Shown: positions 19,229 to 29,820, numbered from the stretch's first letter. The stretch is 64,000 bases of DNA from Poseidonia sp. (GCA_965661285.1 CBFIDD010000001.1:468852-532851), one strand, 5' to 3'. A program made the numbers and translations. Notes: generated by a model from the sequence alone, not told the origin.

Positions 19229-20518
19229 TCACTTCTTCTCGATCTTCAAGCAGACACCAGCAGCCACGGTCTTGCCCATGTCGCGGATGGCGAAGCGGGA
19301 AAGTTCTGGGAAGGTGTCCATTTGCTCGATAGCCAACGGCTTGGTTGGCTGGAAGCGGATGAGACAGGCGTCGCCGGTCTTCAGGAAGGAAGGGTTGGCT
19401 TCCTTGCCGGACTTGTTGGTCTTCTCCAGGAGTTCCATGAACTTCACAGCGACTTGAGCGGTGTGAGCGTGGAACACGGGGGTGTAGCCAACGGAAACAG
19501 CCTTTGGAATGTCCATGAGTTGGATTTGTCCAACGAAGTGCTCGTCGTGTCGAACGAAGGTTGGTTCATTGTCGGAGTAGCCTGCGACGTCGCCACGGCG
19601 AATGTCGTCAGCAGCGAGACCACGAATGTTGAATCCGACGTTGTCGCCGGGTTCGGCCTTGTCGACCATGGTGTGGTGCATCTCGATGGACTTCACTTCA
19701 CCACTCTTCATGGAAGGGTTGAACACGACGTTCTTGCCGACGTTGAGGACACCGGTTTCGATTTTACCAACAGGCACGGTTCCGATACCGGAGATCTTGT
19801 AGACATCCTGAATTGGCAAGCGGAGAGGCTTGTCGGATGGCTTGTCTGGCATGGGGGTGGCGTTGATGGCCTCGAAGAGGGTGGGACCCTTGTACCATGG
19901 GCACTTGTCGGACCTGGTGAACACGTTGTCGCCGTTGAGGGACGAGGCAGGGATCATGGGGACGTCGTCAGGCTTGAAGCCGGCCATGCGGAGAAGTTGG
20001 GACACTTCCTTGCAGGCAGCGTTGTACTTCTCTTCGGTCCAGTCGACACCGGAGATGTCCATCTTGTTGACGTGGACGATGAGGCCCTTGACACCAAGAA
20101 CCTTGGCCAAGAACGCGTGTTCCTTGGTCTGGGCGTTGACACCGTCGTTGGCAGCGCAGAGCAAAACAGCGGTGTCAGCTTGGGATGCACCGGTGATCAT
20201 GTTCTTGACGAAGTCGCGGTGGCCTGGAGCATCGATGATGGTCCAGTAGTAGTCAGGGGTGAAGAACTCCTTGTGAGCGACGTCGATGGTGATACCACGC
20301 TCGCGCTCTTCCTTGAGTCCGTCCATCACGTACGCAAGTCCGAAACCGGCTTTACCGGATTCAGCAGCGAGTTTCTCGTTCTTCTCGATGACGTGCTCTT
20401 CGATGTGACCGGAGTCGAGGAGGAGACGTCCAACGGTGGTGGACTTTCCGTGGTCGACGTGACCGATAAACACGATGTTGCGGTGTGGCTTGCTTCTGTC
20501 TTCCCATTGTGATGGCAT
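19229..20518 (-). CDS. tuf: Translation elongation factor 1-alpha
   Basis: GHVDHGKST, ERERGITID, DAPGHRDF and NKMD; archaeal type with strong codon bias. Confidence 0.99.
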   Translation of the reverse strand: MPSQWEDRSKPHRNIVFIGHVDHGKSTTVGRLLLDSGHIEEHVIEKNEKLAAESGKAGFGLAYVMDGLKEERERGITIDVAHKEFFTPDYYWTIIDAPGHRDFVKNMITGASQADTAVLLCAANDGVNAQTKEHAFLAKVLGVKGLIVHVNKMDISGVDWTEEKYNAACKEVSQLLRMAGFKPDDVPMIPASSLNGDNVFTRSDKCPWYKGPTLFEAINATPMPDKPSDKPLRLPIQDVYKISGIGTVPVGKIETGVLNVGKNVVFNPSMKSGEVKSIEMHHTMVDKAEPGDNVGFNIRGLAADDIRRGDVAGYSDNEPTFVRHDEHFVGQIQLMDIPKAVSVGYTPVFHAHTAQVAVKFMELLEKTNKSGKEANPSFLKTGDACLIRFQPTKPLAIEQMDTFPELSRFAIRDMGKTVAAGVCLKIEKK

Positions 20519-20568
20519 GGTAATCGCTCCTTAGCAGGCCATGCGACAAATATCCCCTATATCAAAAG
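20519..20568 (-). promoter_or_regulatory. Probable promoter and RBS of the tuf-rpsJ operon
   Basis: Minus strand reads TTTTGATATA (TATA-like), then AAGGAG about 8 nt before the ATG. Confidence 0.55.
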
Positions 20569-20617
20569 CGCGACGCGCACATCGAGCGTTCTTGAGCGAG
20601 AAAACGCACCTTTGGGC

Positions 20618-22075
20618 TCATTCCGTGCCCAATATTTCACCGTCGTCACCAATCTTGTAGAGGCGAAGGGTGCTGGTAGCGCCGCGCATGGCGAGCGGGC
20701 TTCCCGAAATGGCGACGACCCGTTCGCCTGGCTTGATGCGACCCTGGACGACCAGCTGCTCCACCGCTTCTCGCATGGTTTCGGAACCGCGGTCGTGCTC
20801 CTTGGAGAGAATGGCATCGACACCGGGAAGGAGGCAGGTTCGGCGAAGGGCACGCAAACGGTCGCTGACCGCCGTGACGGGTATGTCGGGGCGATAACCG
20901 GAAACCAATCGAGGCGATGTCCCGTGTTGGGTGGCGACCACAATGCGAGAGGCGCCCGCTTCACGGGCGAGTTCCACGCCAGCATGAGCCACCGCACGGG
21001 TCGAGCGAAACCTCGCCAAAGCCGTCGGGCGAAGGTCGGAGGCGTCCAGGCCTTCTTCGGTAGCGTGAACGATGCGCGCCATCGTTTCCACGGTCTCAAG
21101 GGGGTATTTGCCCGATGCTGTTTCGCCCGAGAGCATGACCCCGGTGGCGCCGTGACGAATAGCGGTGGAAACATCGCTCACCTCGGCGCGGGTTGGGCGC
21201 GGTTGAAACGTCATGGAATCAAGCATCTGCGTGGCCACGATCACCGGCATGCCTCGCTCAAGCGCTTTGTCGATGATTTGCTGCTGTACCACCGGGACGT
21301 TTTCGAGCGGAATTTCAACGCCCAAATCGCCACGTGCCACCATCACGGCATCGGCGGTATCGAGGATGCTGTCCAAGTTTTCCAGCGCCACGGGATGTTC
21401 GATCTTCGCCAGAACGGGGACGTGCATGGAGGCGGCCCGCACGGCTTCCTTGGCGGGGAGAAGGTCTTCAGCCGTTCGGACATAACTCACGGCGATGTAG
21501 TCCGCACCGTTCTCAAGGGCGTGCTGGAGTGCCGCTTGGTCCTTCGGGCCGATGGCGGGAAGGTCAACCAGCGTACCGGGAACGTTCACACCTTTGCGGC
21601 TGCTGATCGGGCCACCGTCTTCGACACGGCAACGAACCTTCCCGTTGGCTTGTCCGGTCGTTGCCAGCACCGTGAGGCGAATCAGGCCGTCAGCCACGAG
21701 GATGGGGTCCCCAACCTTCAACTCTGCAGAAAGGCCACCGTATTCGACCGGAAAATCGGTGCCGCCGGTGGCCTGAAGTTCTGCAACTCCGCAGTGGAGA
21801 ACAATTTTCCGACCCTCTTCCAACATCTCAACTTCGGGAAAATTTCCGAGCCGGAGTTTCGGCCCGGGGAGGTCGGCGAGGATACATGTCGGTCGGCTGA
21901 GTTCGTCTTCGATGGACCGAACACGGTGGTAGAGTTCTGTTTTGTCCTCCGGCTCGCCGTGGGAGTAGTTGAACCGACAAACGTCCACACCCGCCTCGAG
22001 GAGGGCTTTCAGCGTGGGTCGGTCATCGCAGGCTGGACCGATGGTCGCCACGATGCTCGTCCGTCGCACGCCCAT
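20618..22075 (-). CDS. pyk: Pyruvate kinase
   Basis: IVATIGPA, RFNYSHG, DLPGPKLR, AKIE, MVARGDLGVE, ATQMLDSM and MLSGETA. Confidence 0.98.
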   Translation of the reverse strand: MGVRRTSIVATIGPACDDRPTLKALLEAGVDVCRFNYSHGEPEDKTELYHRVRSIEDELSRPTCILADLPGPKLRLGNFPEVEMLEEGRKIVLHCGVAELQATGGTDFPVEYGGLSAELKVGDPILVADGLIRLTVLATTGQANGKVRCRVEDGGPISSRKGVNVPGTLVDLPAIGPKDQAALQHALENGADYIAVSYVRTAEDLLPAKEAVRAASMHVPVLAKIEHPVALENLDSILDTADAVMVARGDLGVEIPLENVPVVQQQIIDKALERGMPVIVATQMLDSMTFQPRPTRAEVSDVSTAIRHGATGVMLSGETASGKYPLETVETMARIVHATEEGLDASDLRPTALARFRSTRAVAHAGVELAREAGASRIVVATQHGTSPRLVSGYRPDIPVTAVSDRLRALRRTCLLPGVDAILSKEHDRGSETMREAVEQLVVQGRIKPGERVVAISGSPLAMRGATSTLRLYKIGDDGEILGTE

Positions 22076-22079
22076 CCCC

Positions 22080-23312
22080 TCACTTGTAGTAGAGACGGAT
22101 CACGAACTGGTCGATGTTGAAATCGTTGACCCGTTCGTTGCGGATTTTCATGGTCCATTCGCCGTCGCCGTAGGTGGACTCCGTGTCGGCGAACATGTAG
22201 CCTGAGAGTTTGAGATGGATACAGTCCTGCTCACTGTCGCAATCGCCGTCGTCTCGAGACTCGATGTCGGTGGAGGTGGTGTTCTGCGCTTCCTCGTCCT
22301 CTTCGTTGTAGGCGTAGATGTCCAGTTTTGCTCGGCAGTTGTTGGCGCCAGGCAGGGACGTGCAATCGCCGTCTTCTTTGGGATATTCAAGTTCAATCTG
22401 CGCCTTCACAATGGTGTTTCCTGCAACTTTGTCGTAGTGGATGAGCGAGTCAAAATCCAACTCTGCGGGGTTACCGCTGCTGTTGCCTCCAATTTCAAAA
22501 TCGCTCCAATAACCGGCATAGCTGACGTACACTCGGATGGTGGCGCTGTCCGTCATCTCAACGTTATTTGTGACCGTCAGCCCGATTTCGTATTCGCCAG
22601 GGGCGACGTTGCTCCAATCGACGGTGGCACCGACCAAGTCATCATCGTTTTCAGGGTCGCCGTCGTTGTCCTTATCTTCGGTTAAATCAAGGTCCCATGC
22701 ATACCCGTCTTCGGGGATGTATTGTGAGGTTGCATCGCCCGATTCCGAAGACGACGCATCGAGTTGAACCGTGGTGGTTTCGGTGATGGAACGGTCGGTG
22801 TTGGTCTTGTCTCGAGCACAGATCCACACGAGAATATGCCGTGTTTCGGTAATCTCCTCGTCCTCGCAGTCCTCATCGTCAGCATACTGGGTGATTTCGG
22901 CGGTCGGGGCTTCTGCACTTTCGGGCGACACCGTCAGGTCTCGAACTTGTTCGGAGGTGGTGGTTCCATCGGAAACCTCCAAGGTGATTTTGTAGGTCTT
23001 TGCTTCGTCAAAGGTCCATGTCGCTGTAAGCCCCGTCGCGTCAATGTCGATGGAACCTTCGGTATCGAAATTCCACCGATACGTCAAGGACCCGTCACCC
23101 GGCGTGGAGCTCGAAGCATCGAAACTGACGGTCGTGCCAACCTTGACGTTCTTGCTTGGAGAAAAACTGAACACGGCGAGAACCTCCTCACGGTCAGCCT
23201 CCGAGCCGTCTTCGAAGATGCAGCCCGCCAACGAAGAGCAGAGCATCAAGCCCGCCATGAGCACGGAACGCGTGTACCTTCCCATGAACCGACGTGGTGG
23301 CTCGTTCATCAA
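22080..23312 (-). CDS. PKD-domain lipoprotein
   Basis: Lipobox SSLAGC; two PKD-like units (FDASSS...YRWNF; LDASSS...YAWDL); acidic and Cys-rich. Confidence 0.8.
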   Translation of the reverse strand: MMNEPPRRFMGRYTRSVLMAGLMLCSSLAGCIFEDGSEADREEVLAVFSFSPSKNVKVGTTVSFDASSSTPGDGSLTYRWNFDTEGSIDIDATGLTATWTFDEAKTYKITLEVSDGTTTSEQVRDLTVSPESAEAPTAEITQYADDEDCEDEEITETRHILVWICARDKTNTDRSITETTTVQLDASSSESGDATSQYIPEDGYAWDLDLTEDKDNDGDPENDDDLVGATVDWSNVAPGEYEIGLTVTNNVEMTDSATIRVYVSYAGYWSDFEIGGNSSGNPAELDFDSLIHYDKVAGNTIVKAQIELEYPKEDGDCTSLPGANNCRAKLDIYAYNEEDEEAQNTTSTDIESRDDGDCDSEQDCIHLKLSGYMFADTESTYGDGEWTMKIRNERVNDFNIDQFVIRLYYK

Positions 23313-23336
23313 AAGGGCTTCCTCAACTTGAGGTGT

Positions 23337-26021
23337 TCAGAAGGAGAACAGGCTGGTTTGCTTATTTCCTGCCATCAGGTCCTTTGCGTTCCAGTCAAAG
23401 GCTTCCGTGATACGACCCACTGCGGCTGCCAAACGCTCAGCATAGAACTGCCCGTCGTAGACCACGTTGGCTTGGTCCTCCTCATTTTCAAGCCAAGGCA
23501 CGGCCTTCATGGGCGGCTTACTCGCATCGGTGACCACGTAGGACACCTTCATTCCGGTCGTGAAGCCAAGACCCCGTTGGATGCGCTGCTTGGCGACGCG
23601 GACTTGGACCATGCTGTCCGGTTTGCTGTAATCCTTGGTGAAATCCACATCGTCCGGAGCCTTTACCGGCGTTCGAACCACGCGACCCTTGCAGGATTTT
23701 GCAAGCACGACCTCGCTGGCGGGAACCGCGCCCTTGCGAAGGGCTTCCACCCGCTGCTTGGCGTAGGCGACGAGTTCATCCCCCTGGTCGGCCAGGGCGT
23801 AGCGGAAGATTTCTTTCATGGTCGTGGTGAGGTAGCTAAACGAATCCGTGCGCTGTGTTTCGTACCCCCGGACCAGCATCTCGTGAGATGGCCAAACCAC
23901 CTGGCCGATGTAGCGTTTCTTCGCACCGTGGCTGAAGAAGACCGAGAGACCTTTCTCGAATTCCAACACCGCGGAATCTCGACTGTAGGCAGCGGCAAGT
24001 TCCTGGCCAAACGCCACCATGCTCGCCACCGCGGCCTCGTGCGCTTCAACAAGCGCTCGTGCCTCTTCGTCTCCGGAAGCGGCTCTCGTTCGGTCATCCT
24101 CGCTGAGTTGACGAGGGGCTTCGGGAGAGATCGGGCTTCGCACGAAAATCGAATCGGTGTCGGAGTAGACCACGCCGTGGCCTTCGTTTTCCACCGCAGC
24201 GATGATGCCCTTGATGTTTTGACGGGCCCAGGCGGTGATGGACGAGCCCAAATCTCGGTGCGTGAAACGGTAGAATCCACTGGCAAAGACCCCGTAAAAG
24301 GAGTTCATGAGAATTTTCACAGCGTACTGCATCGCATCGTGGAAGGCTTCCGCAGTTTCGTCATCGTCGGATTTCGCCCGCCTGATGGCTGCTTTGTGCT
24401 CATCCCGCTGCGCCATCAAGTCCTCCAACAACGCCGGAACCATGCCTTTGCGGTCCTCAGCGAGGCGGAACTTGCTCTCGATGGGCGAGGTGTGATACTG
24501 GCCTTCAGCCGGTGGGTCGGGTTGGGCCGGGTCGATGCGGGTGGTGTAGCAGATGTTGTGGCCGATCATGATGGACGGGTACATGCTCTTGAAGTCAAGA
24601 ACCGCAATCCACGGGTGAAGACCTGCCTCGACGTCGTGGACGTAACCGCCGGTGATTTGACCCTGTTTGGCTTCAGCAGAACCGGTGAGCGGAACGGCGA
24701 CGTTTTGCTTGTCCGCAAGACGGATGACGAGGGAATCGATGAGTTGGCTGGTGCTTCCGTTGGCTGCGGTATCAAACGGCACCTTCGCGACCGCAGCCAC
24801 GGCCTCCTTTCTGCGAACCGCTTGTATCGCTCGTAGGATGTCCAACGGAAGTTCTGCATCTCGTATGCAATAGTCCAACACCTCGTCAGGCCTTGTCGCC
24901 CATTCGTGGTCCATGTTGGACGCATCAACGTCCATCTTGTGCTTTTCCTCATCGTCGGGGAAGAGAAGGGTGGCAACAAACGACAGCGTTTCCCTGCGGG
25001 GACGCAAGGCTTGCCGTGCCTGCCACCACGCATCCATGACGACGCGCCCCGAGAGGTTCCAAGCACGGTTGCTCTGACGCTTTGGGACGAGAGCGTCACG
25101 TTGGCGCTTCAATTCGGACTCCATCGGTGGAGCGCGCCCCCACCCGAACAGGGCCTTGGTGCCTTCCCAGCCTCGCCCACGCTGGAGAATCGCCGTGCGG
25201 TCAGCCAGTCGAGGCAGGTCAAAATTGTCGATATTGTAGCCCGTGATGATGTCGGGGTCGGTGGCTTGGACCGTGGCGGTCAATCCCTCGAGAATGTCTT
25301 GCTCTGTTCCTCGGTACGAATAGACCGTTCGCTTTCCAGTCGCAAGATGTTCGACACAGGCTGCGGCACAGAGGACGTGTTCATGTTCAATGCTCGTTTC
25401 GAGATCAAAGGAGAAGACGGTGTAAGGAACCTGGAAAGGCTCGGTTGACACGATATCGTCAACCTCACATCGAACGGTGCAATCCACGCCGTACCGCCCC
25501 GCACCGCCCGCTTCGATGACCCCGGGTTTGGCGACGGGCCCATCATCGTCTCTTGTATCAACGGCGCTTCCCGAAAACGCAACGTGCATGCCGACATCGC
25601 CGTCAAGGAAAAACCGGTTGACGAAGGGAATATCTCCGGAATAGATTTGCCACGACCTCGACTTCAAGAGTTTTCGAAGCGAGGGGACGTGGAAGGGTTG
25701 CTCAACTTCGATGGTCCACACCGGGCGCTGGCCCAACTGCGTCCATTTCACGACCGGCCCGGTAACATCGACGATATGTTCCATCGCACGAACCTGAGCC
25801 AGACGATCTTCGACAAAGGCGGGTACATCTCCGGATGAATCCCAGGTGCCAATGGGGGCGATTTCGAAGGTGGGTCGCAAGCCGTGGACGAGCAAGCAAA
25901 CGGACTGGCCCGAATCGGTTCGGCCGAACAACTCGACCACGGTGAGTGGGCGCGCCTCGCCCTCAACGACGGTTTGGGTTGAGCGGTACCGTCCGCTCAC
26001 AATGCCCATTCGTCCCTCCAC
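23337..26021 (-). CDS. polB: Family B DNA polymerase
   Basis: Exonuclease motifs FDLET, GYNIDNFD and YCIRD; polymerase motifs DFKSMYPS, KILMNSFYG, YSDTDS and KKRY; C-terminal PIP box KQTSLFSF. Confidence 0.97.
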   Translation of the reverse strand: MEGRMGIVSGRYRSTQTVVEGEARPLTVVELFGRTDSGQSVCLLVHGLRPTFEIAPIGTWDSSGDVPAFVEDRLAQVRAMEHIVDVTGPVVKWTQLGQRPVWTIEVEQPFHVPSLRKLLKSRSWQIYSGDIPFVNRFFLDGDVGMHVAFSGSAVDTRDDDGPVAKPGVIEAGGAGRYGVDCTVRCEVDDIVSTEPFQVPYTVFSFDLETSIEHEHVLCAAACVEHLATGKRTVYSYRGTEQDILEGLTATVQATDPDIITGYNIDNFDLPRLADRTAILQRGRGWEGTKALFGWGRAPPMESELKRQRDALVPKRQSNRAWNLSGRVVMDAWWQARQALRPRRETLSFVATLLFPDDEEKHKMDVDASNMDHEWATRPDEVLDYCIRDAELPLDILRAIQAVRRKEAVAAVAKVPFDTAANGSTSQLIDSLVIRLADKQNVAVPLTGSAEAKQGQITGGYVHDVEAGLHPWIAVLDFKSMYPSIMIGHNICYTTRIDPAQPDPPAEGQYHTSPIESKFRLAEDRKGMVPALLEDLMAQRDEHKAAIRRAKSDDDETAEAFHDAMQYAVKILMNSFYGVFASGFYRFTHRDLGSSITAWARQNIKGIIAAVENEGHGVVYSDTDSIFVRSPISPEAPRQLSEDDRTRAASGDEEARALVEAHEAAVASMVAFGQELAAAYSRDSAVLEFEKGLSVFFSHGAKKRYIGQVVWPSHEMLVRGYETQRTDSFSYLTTTMKEIFRYALADQGDELVAYAKQRVEALRKGAVPASEVVLAKSCKGRVVRTPVKAPDDVDFTKDYSKPDSMVQVRVAKQRIQRGLGFTTGMKVSYVVTDASKPPMKAVPWLENEEDQANVVYDGQFYAERLAAAVGRITEAFDWNAKDLMAGNKQTSLFSF

Positions 26022-26167
26022 GTAGCAACCCCAGTGACCTTCATCATTTCACCCCATTAGAACCCATCTACGACCGTTGATGGAGAATCTTCTCACATGC
26101 GCAAAAAATGCGAGAGCAATCCTTGAAAGCCTCATCTCAATCGCTCAGTTTGGTAGGACGGTTGAGC

Positions 26168-27184
26168 ATGGACGAATCATTTGACTGGGACAGCCTCACG
26201 TTTTCGCTCACGCCAACCGACACGATGTACGTGACGACCACGAACGCTGACGAGCCGTGGATGCCCGGCGAACTCCACCCCTACGGCCCCGTCCCCATGT
26301 CGCCTGCTGCAGGGGTCCTCAATTACGGCCAAGGTTTGTTTGAGGGAATGAAAGCCTACCGGACCTCAAAAGACCGCATCGTGTTTTTCCGCCCAGAAGA
26401 AAACGCTCGACGCATGCAGCGTGGGGCTGACCGACTGAAGATGCCGCCCGTGCCCGAATCCATTTTTGTTGATGCTGTTGAACAGGTCGTCGCCGCCAAT
26501 CAGCACTGGGTGCCTCCCTCTGGACGAGGCGCCATGTATGTTCGTCCGCTCTTGATGGGAAGCGGCCCCGTTCTCGGCGTTGCCCCCGCCCCGGCGTACA
26601 CGTTCATGATTTACGTCACCCCCGTTGGGCCGTATTTCAAGGGCGGGATGGTGGCCATTGACCTGTTGATTTCCGAAAACCACCACCGTGCGGCTCCCGG
26701 AGGGTCGGGTGGCGTCAAAGCCATTGGCAACTATGCGCCGGGAATGAAACCCAGTAAAGAAGCAAAGGCTCAAGGCTATGCTGAGGTGATTTACCTCGAT
26801 GCTGAAACCCACACCGACATCGAAGAAGTGGGTGCGGCGAACTTCTTCTGTGTGAAGGACAAGGTCCTCTACACGCCGGAACTGACGGGAACCATCCTTC
26901 CCGGCATCACCCGAGACTCCATCATTCAACTCGCTCGACACCGCGGCTACGACGTGGTCGAGGGCAAGGTGCCCGCCGCTTTCGCCATGGCGGCTGATGA
27001 GGCCTTTTGTTGCGGGACAGCCGCCGTGATTTCCCCCATCGGTTCCATCACGCACGACGGCGAGAAGACCGTGTACGGCGACGGCCAACCCGGCACCATC
27101 ACGGTTGAGCTCTACGATGCCCTGACCGGCATCCAAAACGAGACCGAAGACGACATCTTTGGCTGGCTTCATCCGTTGCCCTGA
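26168..27184 (+). CDS. ilvE: Branched-chain amino acid aminotransferase
   Basis: NYGQGLFEGMKA, YVRP, KAIGNY, EEVGAAN and ILPGITR. Confidence 0.96.
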   Translation: MDESFDWDSLTFSLTPTDTMYVTTTNADEPWMPGELHPYGPVPMSPAAGVLNYGQGLFEGMKAYRTSKDRIVFFRPEENARRMQRGADRLKMPPVPESIFVDAVEQVVAANQHWVPPSGRGAMYVRPLLMGSGPVLGVAPAPAYTFMIYVTPVGPYFKGGMVAIDLLISENHHRAAPGGSGGVKAIGNYAPGMKPSKEAKAQGYAEVIYLDAETHTDIEEVGAANFFCVKDKVLYTPELTGTILPGITRDSIIQLARHRGYDVVEGKVPAAFAMAADEAFCCGTAAVISPIGSITHDGEKTVYGDGQPGTITVELYDALTGIQNETEDDIFGWLHPLP

Positions 27185-27654
27185 CGGCGAGAAACCACCG
27201 CCCAAGCCAACACCAACGCGAACGCTGTGGCCGATGCCGAGAGGAACGGTGTGTTTTCCTCCTCAACCTCCACGAGCGGCTCTTCCGCTAGAGGAGGTGC
27301 GGGTTCAACCGTGATTTGGCCGACCATGCCCATGGATTCGTGCGGCTCGCAAACAAAGTCGTAGGTGCCGTTGCTGCCTCGCTCAAACGTGTAGGAATAG
27401 TCCACTGAGCGCTCTGGTTCCCCCGAATCGAACACGTCGTTGGCTTCAACCGCATTGTGAGGAAGGGCCTGCCCGCTCCAAAAGAAACGGACCGTATCAC
27501 CTTCGGTGATGGTGACCTGGGATGGGGAGAACCGCAGATTGGTGCTGTCAACGCTGATGACGACGGTTTCTGGTTCATCGCTTTGAGGCTCGAGATCGCC
27601 TTGAACACCACCGGCCAGGAAAAGCACTGTCAACAGCACGAGGAGGGTTCGCAT
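27169..27654 (-). CDS. Blue (type 1) copper protein, plastocyanin/halocyanin-like, with C-terminal membrane anchor
   Basis: Signal peptide, PHNA and CEPHESMGM Cu ligands; TPFL + TM + RR tail. Confidence 0.9.
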   Translation of the reverse strand: MRTLLVLLTVLFLAGGVQGDLEPQSDEPETVVISVDSTNLRFSPSQVTITEGDTVRFFWSGQALPHNAVEANDVFDSGEPERSVDYSYTFERGSNGTYDFVCEPHESMGMVGQITVEPAPPLAEEPLVEVEEENTPFLSASATAFALVLAWAVVSRRQGNG

Positions 27655-27697
27655 GTTCAGAAATGAACCTCAAAGGTTATCAAATTCTGTTTCGATT

Positions 27698-28141
27698 TCA
27701 ACGCTTTTTGAGGCTCTTTCGCTTCTTGAAACTGCTGCGCTGTTGCGTGTTTTTCCGCTGGGAGCGAGCACGGCGGTCGCCGGTTTTGGGCCCGCTTGCC
27801 GATTGTTTGACGGCTTCTTGACGCTGATTGCGCTGCATTTCCCTCCATTGACCGCCGATGAGTTGGAGCAACTCTTCTTTGCTCCCCGCACCGATGGATT
27901 CCTTCGCCCCTTTGGCCGATACCCAGAGACGACCTTCCCGGCCGTGAGGACGGCGTGGATGAGACGTGTGCTCTTCACGCTTGATTTTGCGAAGACCCAC
28001 CGCACGTGCCGCCATGAAGAGGCCCTCGAGGTCTGGCTTGAGGACCGAAGCGTCTTTTGGAACGCGCCGACCGGCACGGCGAGATTGTTTCATGTCAAAA
28101 TAACCCGGCCAAACACAAAGTCGGTCGGGGTTATGGTCCAT
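27698..28141 (-). CDS. srp19: Signal recognition particle 19 kDa protein
   Basis: VWPGYFD...SRRAGRRVPK...HPRRP...GR pattern with a basic tail; next to eS8. Confidence 0.92.
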   Translation of the reverse strand: MDHNPDRLCVWPGYFDMKQSRRAGRRVPKDASVLKPDLEGLFMAARAVGLRKIKREEHTSHPRRPHGREGRLWVSAKGAKESIGAGSKEELLQLIGGQWREMQRNQRQEAVKQSASGPKTGDRRARSQRKNTQQRSSFKKRKSLKKR

Positions 28142-28195
28142 GTGCTCGCCTCATACGCCGCTCACGGCGTGTTCTCTTCAAGCCGTCGCTCGGCT

Positions 28196-28576
28196 TCACT
28201 CGAGCAGGACGCCGTTGATGACACCGTCTTTGCCCGGGCGGGACGTGATGCGCACTCGACCTTTGTCCGTCTCGATGACGGCACCTTTGACCAGGATGTT
28301 TCGTCGAACGTAGTTGGGGTCGGAAGCGTTCTCAACCACGCTGTGAATCGTGCCCAAGGTCGTCTTCCCGTTCTTCGGGTTGTTGATGCTCACTTGGTTG
28401 GCGGCCATCACGCGGACCATGGTGTTGCCACCGGTCTTGCGGTAGACCTTCCGCTTGGGTTCGCCAACGAGGGCGAATTGCTTCTCAGTGGAAATTTCGG
28501 TCGCTCGCTTGCCGCGTGCCTGAACCTTGCGTCCACCGGATGGTTTGCGTCGTGAAATTCCGTGCCATTGAGCCAT
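28196..28576 (-). CDS. rps8e: 30S ribosomal protein eS8
   Basis: WHGISRRKPSGG...NYVRRNILVKGAVIET...VRITSRPGKDGVINGVL. Confidence 0.97.
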   Translation of the reverse strand: MAQWHGISRRKPSGGRKVQARGKRATEISTEKQFALVGEPKRKVYRKTGGNTMVRVMAANQVSINNPKNGKTTLGTIHSVVENASDPNYVRRNILVKGAVIETDKGRVRITSRPGKDGVINGVLLE

Positions 28577-28629
28577 AGGGATGTCTCCTGCGTCGCCACC
28601 CACCGGCAGGGGCTATATCAAAGCAACCC

Positions 28630-29238
28630 TCACGCACAGCCAACATCAATCTCCGAAAGGCAATCCCCTTCGGCGTTGGTCAGACGCGCCACGACCCTGT
28701 CGCCCGGATGCAATTCCCCCACTCCCTGAGGCGTGCCCGTGAACAACACATCGCCTTCTGCTACAGGAGCCCATGTTCGCAAGGATTCGATTTGCTGCCG
28801 TGGCGAGACCGACATTTCGTGCAGGGGAGTTGACTGGCGAGGGGTACCGTTCACCTCGAGTGAGACATGGAGGCCGACGTCGTTGGACACGATGGCTTCC
28901 CAGGACCCATCCCACAACGACCACGGTCCAATCACCGCCGAGGACGTGAAGCATTTTCCTTTGGCCCACGGCAGTTGCTCTGCACGGAGGTCGCTCTGCG
29001 TCGCACGGTCGGTCAAATCCAAGCCGACAGCCAACGCCACCGGCTTCAGGCCAGGGCCGATACGAACGACGCACTCAACCTCGTGATGCACCTCACCAGG
29101 ATGTTGGCTGACAGGAATCGGCCCGCTGTCGTGGAGGCAACCCGATGGTTTGACGAAGAAGATCGGTTCGGCAGGCAGTTGATTTCCCAGCTCCAACGCG
29201 TGTTTGGAGAAGGTTCGGATGGTGCACCACATGGCCAT
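28630..29238 (-). CDS. Fumarylacetoacetate hydrolase family protein
   Basis: PIFFVKP, HHEVE, GLDLTDR, PWAKGK and GDVLFTGTPQGVG. Confidence 0.93.
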   Translation of the reverse strand: MAMWCTIRTFSKHALELGNQLPAEPIFFVKPSGCLHDSGPIPVSQHPGEVHHEVECVVRIGPGLKPVALAVGLDLTDRATQSDLRAEQLPWAKGKCFTSSAVIGPWSLWDGSWEAIVSNDVGLHVSLEVNGTPRQSTPLHEMSVSPRQQIESLRTWAPVAEGDVLFTGTPQGVGELHPGDRVVARLTNAEGDCLSEIDVGCA

Positions 29239-29313
29239 GGTTTGATGACAGGGTTTTGGTTCATCAAGAGCGCGATGCCCAAGGATGATAGCCCCGCCGC
29301 CCTCGTCCGTCTC

Positions 29314-29820
29314 ATGGCCAACGAGTGGAGCATCCGCAAGCGGCGACCGGTTCGGCGGAAACACATCGCACCGCTGCTGAAGACCTTGGAGAGCGACCTC
29401 GCCATTGACTTGAACATTGACGGTGCTTTTCTCGAAATGGCAGAATACGGCCCGTGGACCATGGTGTTTGTCGACCGCACCCCCCTCGTTGTTGAATTGA
29501 TAGACGACGAAGGAGAACGATGCGTTTTCCTCACGCTCCGCGGCTTTTTACAACACATGGACGCGCTCAAGTGGGTGGAGGTTGACCACGGTGCCATCCC
29601 GTTTCTGATGAACGGTGCCGATTGCATGGTCGCTGGTGTTCACGGGGCAGAGCCTTCGGTTCAATCCGGCGACCTGGTATGGATTCGCGACATGACGCAC
29701 AAACGTCCGCTCGCGCTCGGATGGGCCATGGACGAAGCCGAGGCCCTGGTGGAAAACACCAAAGGAAAGGGCATCAAAACCGTCCATTGGGTCGGAGATG
29801 AACTGTGGGACATGGAATAA
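29314..29820 (+). CDS. PUA-domain RNA-binding protein (MCT-1/Tma20-like, pre-PUA + PUA)
   Basis: VDHGAIPFLMNGADCMVAGV...KGKGIKTVHWVGDELW. Confidence 0.88.
   Translation: MANEWSIRKRRPVRRKHIAPLLKTLESDLAIDLNIDGAFLEMAEYGPWTMVFVDRTPLVVELIDDEGERCVFLTLRGFLQHMDALKWVEVDHGAIPFLMNGADCMVAGVHGAEPSVQSGDLVWIRDMTHKRPLALGWAMDEAEALVENTKGKGIKTVHWVGDELWDME

Noticed and set aside
19322-20512. 396-aa antisense ORF over tuf
   Set aside because: Shadow ORF caused by strong codon bias and high GC; no recognisable motifs.
20612-24836. Long plus-strand ORFs (502 aa and 690 aa)
   Set aside because: They are antisense to pyk, the PKD lipoprotein and polB, which have clear motifs.
23337-26021. Intein-containing or inactivated PolB, or viral polymerase
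   Set aside because: All catalytic motifs are intact, inserts are short without intein termini, and the neighbours are housekeeping genes.
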